The notes under the pieces were generated by a model. The model did no database searches, was not told where the DNA came from, and saw only the letters and a list, made by a program, of their open reading frames with translations. A stretch of 12,160 nucleotides of DNA from Armatimonadia bacterium (GTDB lineage: Bacteria > Armatimonadota > Zipacnadia > Zipacnadales > UBA11051): NCBI GenBank assembly GCA_039683575.1, contig JBDKRC010000029.1:1-12160 (forward strand). The letters run 5' to 3'. Positions within the stretch are counted from its first letter, which is position 1, and each line of letters starts with the position of its first letter. The position numbers and the translations under genes were made by a program. Shown piece by piece: positions 1 through 6,888 of the stretch.

Positions 1-1
1 T

Positions 2-298
2 GTAGCGTTGATACCGGTTGTAGCCGCGATTGCGTATGAGATCATCCGGTACGGTGGCCGGCACCGGGAATCGCTCTTCGCCCGCATCCTGGCACAGCCG
101 GGACTGCTCATGCAGCGACTGACTACCCGTCGGCCGAACGAAGATCTGGTACGCATAGCCATATATGCCCTCGCGGCGGTTGCGCCCGAGGTAAGCATCC
201 CAGAAGACTTCGCACCACCAGTCCCCGCGGGGATGGACGGCAAGCTGCAGCGTGATGAGCCTGCCGTAGATGACACAGCCCAACTCGCCGGGGACTGA
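2..298 (+). CDS. DUF1385 domain-containing membrane protein, C-terminal part (5' truncated by window edge)
   Basis: Frame is open from the window start to TGA at 296-298. The sequence PVVAAIAYEIIR...PGLLMQRLTTRRP matches the DUF1385 C-terminal pattern (P..AGI.YE..R...PGL.LQ..TT.EP). DUF1385 genes typically lie next to prfA/prmC. Confidence 0.8.
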   Translation, partial: VALIPVVAAIAYEIIRYGGRHRESLFARILAQPGLLMQRLTTRRPNEDLVRIAIYALAAVAPEVSIPEDFAPPVPAGMDGKLQRDEPAVDDTAQLAGD

Positions 299-320
299 CC
301 TTTCGCATCAGTGACCAACT

Positions 321-1391
321 ATGGACTTTGAACACTCTCTACAAGGTATTCTGAAAGAAGTCGCCGACCTCGAACAACAGCTCAGCGACCCGAACGTGCT
401 GTCTGACCAGAACCGCTTCCGTGATCTGTCAGTCAGACACTCGGAGTTGCAGCCGCTGGTGCAGACCTACAGCGCGTATCTGGCAGCCAAGTCCGAGCAA
501 GATGAAGCCGCGGCGATGCTGGCAGAGACCGATGACCACGAGATGCGGGAGTTCCTCGCAGCGTCGCAGGCTGACGCTGCAGAGCGCATGCAGAAGCTCG
601 AGGCGGACCTCCTGAAGCTCCTGCTGCCGAAGGACCCGATGGACGACAAGAACGCGGTCCTGGAGATCCGGGCCGGTACCGGTGGCGAGGAAGCGGCGTT
701 GTTCGCCGGCGATCTCCTGACCATGTACGCCAAACTCGCCGAGCGCCGGGGCTGGCAGACTGAGCTGGTAGACGCCACTGAGGGGGAAATGGGCGGCTAC
801 AAGGAAGCGGTCATGGAGATTAAGGGCCGCGGCGCCTATGGCGCGCTACGGCGCGAGAGTGGCGTGCATCGCGTTCAGCGGGTGCCGGTGACCGAGTCTC
901 AGGGACGCATCCACACCTCGGCAGCCACGGTAGCGGTGCTGCCGGAGGTCGAGGAAGTGGACGTGGAGCTTGACCCGTCTGAACTCTCCTTCGAGAATTT
1001 CCGAGCGGGCGGGCCTGGCGGCCAGCACATGCAAAAGAACGAGACTGCAGTCCGCGTGACCCACAAGCCTACCGGCATCACCGTGGCGTGCTCGGACCAG
1101 CGCTCCCAGGGGCAGAACAAGGAGCGCGCGCTGAGACTATTGCGCTCGCGCATCTATGACCTGCATATCCAGGAGCAGGCCGCTGAGGTGGCCAAGAGCC
1201 GCAAGGAGCAGGTCAAGAGCGGCGACCGCAGCGAGAAAATCCGGACCTATAATTTCCCGCAGGACCGCCTGACCGACCACCGCATCAACCTGACGATGCA
1301 CAACCTCCCGGTGATACTCGTAGGCGAGATAGACGAGTTGCTGGAAGCCCTCGCCGAGGATGAGCGGCAGCGCAAGCTGCAGGAGCTGTAA
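321..1391 (+). CDS. prfA: Peptide chain release factor 1
   Basis: EIRAGTGGEEAALF, ESGVHRVQRVPVTE (RF1-type PxT), GRIHTS, catalytic GGQ, GDRSEKIRTYNFPQDRLTDHRI; 356 aa. Confidence 0.98.
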   Translation: MDFEHSLQGILKEVADLEQQLSDPNVLSDQNRFRDLSVRHSELQPLVQTYSAYLAAKSEQDEAAAMLAETDDHEMREFLAASQADAAERMQKLEADLLKLLLPKDPMDDKNAVLEIRAGTGGEEAALFAGDLLTMYAKLAERRGWQTELVDATEGEMGGYKEAVMEIKGRGAYGALRRESGVHRVQRVPVTESQGRIHTSAATVAVLPEVEEVDVELDPSELSFENFRAGGPGGQHMQKNETAVRVTHKPTGITVACSDQRSQGQNKERALRLLRSRIYDLHIQEQAAEVAKSRKEQVKSGDRSEKIRTYNFPQDRLTDHRINLTMHNLPVILVGEIDELLEALAEDERQRKLQEL

Positions 1392-1396
1392 GAGAA

Positions 1397-2263
1397 GTGA
1401 CGAGCCACACCATCGGCGCGCTCTACAAAGAGGGCGCCGCTCTGCTGTCTGCTGCCGGAGTTGAGGAACCCGAGTTCGATGCGCGGGCACTGCTCGCGCA
1501 CGTACTGGACCTGGGGCCCAATGATATCCTGCTGCATCAGACGGAGATGGCCGAGGAAGACACGGAGCGGGTCTATTCACACCTCCTGCAGTTGCGTTCG
1601 TGCCGTCTGCCTCTGCAGTACATCACCCGCAGCACGTATTTCTGCGACCTGAAGCTTCGCACCGATGACCGGGCGCTGATCCCGCGGCCTGAGACGGAGC
1701 AACTGGTGGAGGCCGTGGTCGAGAGATTGCAGCCCCTGCAGCCGGGAGCTGTTGATGCGATCGTGGATCTCGGCTGTGGCAGTGGCGCAATCGGGCTGTG
1801 CCTTGCCACGCAGTTGCCCCTCGTGCATGTGATCATGACCGATGTATCCGCCGCGGCGCTTGAGCTAACCGCGGAGAATGTCGCCCACTATGGCTTTGAC
1901 GAGCGGGTCACGCTGCTACAAGGGGCGTACCTCGATCCGATCCATGCGGCAGGCATGACCGAGCGGGTAGTCGCAGTAGTCTGCAACCCGCCGTACGTCC
2001 GGCCCGACGAGATGCCTGCGCTGGCCCCTGAGTTGCATGCTGAGCCGAGGTCGGCGCTCGAGTCACCGGCAGCGGATGGCCTGGAGGCTTACCGCGTCCT
2101 CGCGGCACAGGCTGCTGACCTGCCGAGGCTGCGCTTGTTGGCGTTTGAGGTGGGCTTTGAGCAGGCCGCGCAGGTCGGCGCGCTCATGGCGTCGCTTGGT
2201 GAGGTTGAGATACTGCCCGATCTCGCGGGGATTGACCGGATCGTGATTGTACACGTCCATTAG
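1397..2263 (+). CDS. prmC: Release factor glutamine N5-methyltransferase (HemK family)
   Basis: PLQYI, ALIPRPETEQLVE, SAM-binding DLGCGSGAI, NPPY motif, HAEPRSAL, DLAGIDR. GTG start 5 nt after the prfA stop. Confidence 0.96.
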   Translation: MTSHTIGALYKEGAALLSAAGVEEPEFDARALLAHVLDLGPNDILLHQTEMAEEDTERVYSHLLQLRSCRLPLQYITRSTYFCDLKLRTDDRALIPRPETEQLVEAVVERLQPLQPGAVDAIVDLGCGSGAIGLCLATQLPLVHVIMTDVSAAALELTAENVAHYGFDERVTLLQGAYLDPIHAAGMTERVVAVVCNPPYVRPDEMPALAPELHAEPRSALESPAADGLEAYRVLAAQAADLPRLRLLAFEVGFEQAAQVGALMASLGEVEILPDLAGIDRIVIVHVH

Positions 2264-2265
2264 GT

Positions 2266-2901
2266 ATGCCTACCATCATCGCAACCAATCCGCTCGATCC
2301 CGATCCCGGCGCTGTCGCCAGCGCGGTGTCTGCGCTGGCCTCGGGTGAGCTGGTCGTCATTCCGACCGACACCGTATACGGGGTAGCCTGCCGTGCGGAT
2401 GACGAGCAGGCCGTGCGGGCGCTTTTCGCCGCAAAGAGGCGGCCCTTGAGCAAGCCCCTCCCCCTCCTGCTCGAGGACGCGGGGGCACTCGATAGTGTCA
2501 GCAGTGAATTGCCGGACGGGGTTCGCAAGCTTGCGAAGGCTTTCTGGCCCGGCCCGCTGACACTCGTGGTGCGGAAATCTGCGGTAGTCAGTGACCTGGT
2601 GACAGCGGGAGAGGCCACGGTCGGGGTACGGGTGCCGAACCTCCCGCTGGCGACCGCGGTTCTGACGGCGTGCGAGTTCCCTGTCGCCGTGACGAGTGCG
2701 AATATTTCCGACGAACAACCTGCCGTAGCCGTCGAGGAGCTTCCCGTCGAACTCCTTGAGGCCGTCGCCGTAGTCCTCGATGCGGGGCGCTGCCCCGGCG
2801 AGGTCCCGTCAACGGTCGTGGACGCGACCACTGACCCGCCGCGCATCCTGCGCCCGGGGCCTGTGACAGCCGCTGACATCGAACGCGCAATGCTGGAGTA
2901 A
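2266..2901 (+). CDS. tsaC: L-threonylcarbamoyladenylate synthase (YrdC/Sua5 family, short form without C-terminal SUA5 domain)
   Basis: PTDTVYG, KRRPLSKPL, FWPGPLT, GVRVP, TSANIS, STVVD and ILRPG motifs; 211 aa; starts 2 nt after the prmC stop. Confidence 0.93.
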   Translation: MPTIIATNPLDPDPGAVASAVSALASGELVVIPTDTVYGVACRADDEQAVRALFAAKRRPLSKPLPLLLEDAGALDSVSSELPDGVRKLAKAFWPGPLTLVVRKSAVVSDLVTAGEATVGVRVPNLPLATAVLTACEFPVAVTSANISDEQPAVAVEELPVELLEAVAVVLDAGRCPGEVPSTVVDATTDPPRILRPGPVTAADIERAMLE

Positions 2902-2907
2902 TACGAT

Positions 2908-3957
2908 ATGAAGATCGGTCTCATCGGACTGCCATCCAGCGGCAAGAGCTCGTGCTTTTCGGCCCTCACCGGCCTGCCCCCGCAGGCTGCGGGCGCCGGC
3001 GAGCGTATTGGCACCGTGCAAGTCCCGGAGCCGCGCTTGCTGCGCCTGCAGGAGATACACAACGCGCGTCGGATTGTCTACCCCGACATGTTCATCGTAG
3101 ACACTGCTGCTATCGAGAGCAACGCCAGCCCTGAGCAGATTGAGAAACATTTGGCGAACCTCTCGCGCGAGGCTGAGGCCTTCGTTATTGTGTTGCAGTG
3201 CTTCGGAGATCTGGACCGCACCGGGTCGCCGCTGGACCCGCGCGGGGACTTGGAGGAACTCCTGCTCGCACTTTCCCTGGCAGACCTGGCCATGGTGGAG
3301 CGGCGGCTGGAGCGCATGCAGACAGGCCGCCGGGACAGCAATCCGAACGAGGAGCAACTCCTGGTGCGCCTGCAGGAGCACCTTTCGCAGGGCGGGCTCG
3401 TAAATCAGATGGAAATCACCCCGGACCAGTGGAAGTTGCTGGCTGGCCAAGTGCTGATCACGGCGCTGCCGCTGATGGTGGTGTGCAACATCGGGGAAGA
3501 TGACCTCGAGGGCAAGCGCGCGGCGGGGGCGGCAGAGTTGGCAGAGGAGCGAGGTCTTCCCCACCTCAACTTCTGCGCGGCACTGGAGATTGAGATCGCT
3601 CAGTTGCCTGAGGAAGAGCAGAAGGAGTTCCTGGCAGACTATGGCCTGGAGGCTTCCGCCAGGAGCCGCTTCATCCGTGCCGCCTACGAACTACTGGACC
3701 TTGTGACTTTTCTGACCGCAGGCGAGCAGGAGACGCGGGCGTGGCCGATTCGCAAGAACTCCACGGCTCCGCAGGCCGCGGGGAAGATCCACACCGACCT
3801 CGAGCACGGCTTCATCCGGGCCGAGACGGTGGCTTTCGCCGACATCGACAAGTATGGCAGCATGGCGGAGTGCAAGAAGCATGGACTGGTGCGGCTGGAG
3901 GGCAAGGATTACATCGTGAAGGATGGGGATGTGCTGGACATTCGCTTCAGCCGATAG
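2908..3957 (+). CDS. ychF: YchF/Obg-like ATPase family protein (DUF933/TGS C-terminus) with divergent G-domain
   Basis: P-loop GLPSSGKS, VQVPEPRL, G4 NIGE and a well conserved C-terminus (TFLTAGEQETRAW, TAPQAAGKIHTDLEHGFIRAE, RLEGKDYIVKDGD). GGAG Shine-Dalgarno upstream. G2/G3 are non-canonical, so it may be a paralog rather than the main ychF. Confidence 0.85.
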   Translation: MKIGLIGLPSSGKSSCFSALTGLPPQAAGAGERIGTVQVPEPRLLRLQEIHNARRIVYPDMFIVDTAAIESNASPEQIEKHLANLSREAEAFVIVLQCFGDLDRTGSPLDPRGDLEELLLALSLADLAMVERRLERMQTGRRDSNPNEEQLLVRLQEHLSQGGLVNQMEITPDQWKLLAGQVLITALPLMVVCNIGEDDLEGKRAAGAAELAEERGLPHLNFCAALEIEIAQLPEEEQKEFLADYGLEASARSRFIRAAYELLDLVTFLTAGEQETRAWPIRKNSTAPQAAGKIHTDLEHGFIRAETVAFADIDKYGSMAECKKHGLVRLEGKDYIVKDGDVLDIRFSR

Positions 3958-4030
3958 TTGGGCCAGACACCGCTTGGACTATCTTCGGGCCCTGGAGAGC
4001 CCTCCCACGGCAGTTTGGGTACGTGACTAG

Positions 4031-4064
4031 AAGGGCCGCAGGCTATCTACCTGCGGCCCTTTTT
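4031..4064 (+). terminator. Rho-independent terminator between convergent operons (possibly bidirectional)
   Basis: Perfect 12-bp inverted repeat AAGGGCCGCAGG (4031-4042) / CCTGCGGCCCTT (4050-4061), 7-nt loop, T-run at 4060-4064. Confidence 0.85.
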
Positions 4065-4091
4065 CGTATCTTCGCTTCGTCTGCTCTTTCT

Positions 4092-4847
4092 CTACTTCGT
4101 CCACTCTTTCCACAGCAGCGAGTAGTACTTCAGGAAGCGTTCGGCCTCGCAGCTCTCCGGGAGCTCAATCAGGCAGAAGCCGTCGAAGTTGATGCCCTTG
4201 AGCAGGCGGATGAACTCGTGGTACGGGTAGTCCTCGTACAGGTCGTGGATGTGCGCGGACCAGATCCACGGCGCCAGCAGGTCGAAGTCGGTCTTGATCG
4301 AGCCGTTTACCACTTCGCCCATGTTGCAGTTCCACGTCACCCCGACCATGGGATGGTTGCACACGTCCATGATCGTGCGGATGTGGCAGGGGGCCTGCGT
4401 CCCGCGCCCGTGGACCTCAAGCGTGATCTTGACGCCCAGACCGGCGGCAAAGTCGCCGCACTCCCTCAGCGCCTCGCCGATCTGCCTCAGGGTGTACTCT
4501 TCCTCCACGCCCTCCACGAACGAATTCGGCCGCACCTTGACGCTTGCGGCGCCAACCTCGTCAGCCAGACGCAACCACTCCTTGGTTTCCTCGATGTTCT
4601 TGGCGACGATCTCAGGATTGTCGGAGTGATACTCACAGGTGCTGCCGAGACACCACAGGACAATGCCGCTGTCCTCGAAGCGCTTGCGGACGGCCGCGCG
4701 GTCCTGGTACGGCAGGTCCAGCTCGACACCGTGGGCGTGGGTAGTGCGCAGTTCCACGCCCTGAAAGCCCGTCTTTTGGCACATCTCGATCATCGTGCCG
4801 AGGTCCCAGTCCTTCGCCACCTGATAGGTGACCATGCCAAGTTTCAT
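4092..4847 (-). CDS. Sugar phosphate isomerase/epimerase family protein (xylose isomerase-like/AP-endonuclease-2 TIM barrel)
   Basis: GFQGVELR, ITLEVH, HIHD and GFCLIE metal-ligand pattern. ATG at 4847 has GGAGG 8 nt upstream and overlaps the upstream stop (TGATG). Confidence 0.88.
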   Translation of the reverse strand: MKLGMVTYQVAKDWDLGTMIEMCQKTGFQGVELRTTHAHGVELDLPYQDRAAVRKRFEDSGIVLWCLGSTCEYHSDNPEIVAKNIEETKEWLRLADEVGAASVKVRPNSFVEGVEEEYTLRQIGEALRECGDFAAGLGVKITLEVHGRGTQAPCHIRTIMDVCNHPMVGVTWNCNMGEVVNGSIKTDFDLLAPWIWSAHIHDLYEDYPYHEFIRLLKGINFDGFCLIELPESCEAERFLKYYSLLWKEWTK

Positions 4848-5956
4848 CACAACGTCCTCCCTGCCTGGTTGACTACGTGTTGCAGACGGCAGACAGCGGA
4901 TTTCGGCTCGCCTGCCATGATATCCTCTTCTGTGAACCTCGCCAGCAGTATCTCTTTGGCCCCGTAGCGCTCACGGTCGTAGATGATCTGAATGGTGCCA
5001 TCCGGGGCCTGGAAACCATCTGGGTATGAGACGCTGTCGCGCCCGTCCAGGAGCAGCTTCCAGGGCCAGGTTGCGCCGTCGTCGTCAGAGAGCAGCGCGG
5101 TCAGGTTGTTGCGACCGGTGTAGTCATGATGATTGACGAGCAACAGGCGTCCAGAGTGCAACCGGCAGATGAAGAACCTTGAGCAAGGACCGCCCAGCCC
5201 ACTGTCCTGCCCCGCCGTCCACGTCTTTCCCCGGTCGAAGGAGTGGCTCTCCCCTATTCCGTGCAGCGTCCGCACGAGCATCCAGAGGCTGCCGTCGCGC
5301 CGCTCGACGATCATGTGCTCATCAAAGACCCGCTCTGGTACATCCGCCTGTCCCAGCAGCGCAAAAGACTCGCCAGAGTCGCGGCTTACGAGCACGTTTG
5401 AGAAGCGGTCGCCGTCAAGTTCGGGATGGGCGCCGAAGGCAGGGCTGTCCTCGGCGATCCAACTGGAAGGGCGCCAGAGGGCGGTTGGCAAGAGGCACTC
5501 GCCGGTGCTCAGGACCGTGGGCTTGTTGAGCATGATGCCATTGGCCAGCCGGCGGGGCTCCGACCATATGAGGCGCTCGGCCGCGGGATCGTCGCACCGC
5601 ACCGTCCAGACGCCCACACGGCCGTCGAAAAGGGTGTGGCTTTGCGCCCAGAAGAACCACAGCCGCCCCCGTGGGTCGGTCCACAGGTTGGAGTCGAAGG
5701 CCCGCACCTCTCCCGGCGGGTCCACCACCAGAATCGGCTCGGTCCAGGTATCGCCGCCATCGTCGCTGCGGACGATCAGGGCGTAATTGTCGGGGTCTTC
5801 GGTCTTCCCGCCGCTGTACCAGGTGGCATACAGGCGCCCGTCGCTGGCACGCTCAACACTGGGAATGCCCTGCCAGAGACGCATGGAGGTATGATATTCG
5901 GGGCCGGGGTCGGTGTTGACCGGAGGCGGGGACAGCGCGAGGTCGGGATCGATCAT
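4847..5956 (-). CDS. BNR-repeat sialidase-like (GH33-like beta-propeller) protein, no signal peptide
   Basis: Four Asp boxes (SDDGGDTW, SRDSGESF, SFDRGKTW, SDDDGATW), FDEH, LVRT, GRNNLT and SYP motifs. AGGAG SD; ATGA overlap with the upstream stop. Confidence 0.85.
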   Translation of the reverse strand: MIDPDLALSPPPVNTDPGPEYHTSMRLWQGIPSVERASDGRLYATWYSGGKTEDPDNYALIVRSDDGGDTWTEPILVVDPPGEVRAFDSNLWTDPRGRLWFFWAQSHTLFDGRVGVWTVRCDDPAAERLIWSEPRRLANGIMLNKPTVLSTGECLLPTALWRPSSWIAEDSPAFGAHPELDGDRFSNVLVSRDSGESFALLGQADVPERVFDEHMIVERRDGSLWMLVRTLHGIGESHSFDRGKTWTAGQDSGLGGPCSRFFICRLHSGRLLLVNHHDYTGRNNLTALLSDDDGATWPWKLLLDGRDSVSYPDGFQAPDGTIQIIYDRERYGAKEILLARFTEEDIMAGEPKSAVCRLQHVVNQAGRTL

Positions 5957-6882
5957 TGGTTGCCACTCCTTGAGGGTTTGCGCCGGGACGGCGGGGGAGC
6001 CGGTAGCTTCTTCGCCAGATCGTCCGGCATGGCGGCATAGATACGTCGGCAGTACAGGTCGGGATCGTGATGTCCCGGGAGGCCCGTCATCTTGCGCTCG
6101 GCGCTACTGAGGCGTGCTGCCCAACTACTACCTATCGGCACAATGTTGTTCACCTGCCCCAGGTGGCGGTAGCCGAGCAGTGGGCTGGGAAGCAGCGCGA
6201 TCATGTCGTGATCGTTCACCCAGCGCTGCACCGGACGGTCGGCAAACGCGGCGTTGACCGCGCGCGCATACCGGGCGTCGCCGACTCGTGGACAGCCGTA
6301 GGTATACACGCCTTGAACCGGCACGCCTTCTCTTTGCAGGCGATACGCGCAGAGGATGGCAATTGCCGCACCGAGGCTGTGTCCGGTGAGCCAGACAGGG
6401 CGGGGCTTGCGCCCCCGCTCCCGTACGACCGCGTCTTTGAGGCCCGGATATAGCCGATTGGCAGCGGCACGGAAACCGCTGTGGACCGAGGCTCCGCCGA
6501 TGTCATGCAGCAGGAGCCGCACATTGGTCAGGAAATCACGCGGATCGCTGTCACTGCCACGGAAGGTGACAATGATCACAGCGTGATTCGCCATTACCAC
6601 GGCCTGGCTGTCCAGCACGGTTGATTGCGCCCGCAGGAAGGTGAAGCTGCGCGGGGCCATTCCCCAGCCCGCCAAGCGGTCGCGGAACCGGGGCTTGAAC
6701 TCATCCCAGTTACGCGCGCCCACCGCGTCGTCGTAGACGTAGTAACTGGCCAGCCCGAGTAGGTACGCGTTCGTCCAGCTATGCCCGCGGGCGGTCGCGC
6801 AAAAGTGCTCAAAGCCGGCAGCCTGAGCAGCGGAGGCAAGCACTACGAGAAGCAGTATGCCAAACAGGCCGCGGTGGGCCAT
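5953..6882 (-). CDS. Exported lipase family protein (class 3, alpha/beta hydrolase)
   Basis: Signal peptide MAHRGLFGILLLVVLASAAQA; FRGS oxyanion region, VHSGF, nucleophile TGHSLGAA, YTYGCPRVG, NDHDMI (Asp) and HH (His). Confidence 0.9.
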   Translation of the reverse strand: MAHRGLFGILLLVVLASAAQAAGFEHFCATARGHSWTNAYLLGLASYYVYDDAVGARNWDEFKPRFRDRLAGWGMAPRSFTFLRAQSTVLDSQAVVMANHAVIIVTFRGSDSDPRDFLTNVRLLLHDIGGASVHSGFRAAANRLYPGLKDAVVRERGRKPRPVWLTGHSLGAAIAILCAYRLQREGVPVQGVYTYGCPRVGDARYARAVNAAFADRPVQRWVNDHDMIALLPSPLLGYRHLGQVNNIVPIGSSWAARLSSAERKMTGLPGHHDPDLYCRRIYAAMPDDLAKKLPAPPPSRRKPSRSGNQ

Positions 6883-6888
6883 GCTCTG

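Noticed and set aside
321..1391. Programmed frameshift as in prfB
   Set aside because: The gene is a continuous ORF with the RF1 PxT motif, not RF2 SPF; no frameshift is needed.
2184..3564. 292-aa and 251-aa - strand ORFs
   Set aside because: Antisense to the well-supported tsaC and ychF genes; composition typical of non-coding frames.
3958..4030. Possible small RNA or tRNA remnant between ychF and the terminator
   Set aside because: Only weak GC pairings; no cloverleaf, TTCGA T-loop or known ncRNA signature.
3741..4967. 408-aa + strand ORF
   Set aside because: Overlaps ychF out of frame, crosses the terminator and is antisense to the isomerase gene; no recognisable motifs. Typical GC-rich shadow ORF.
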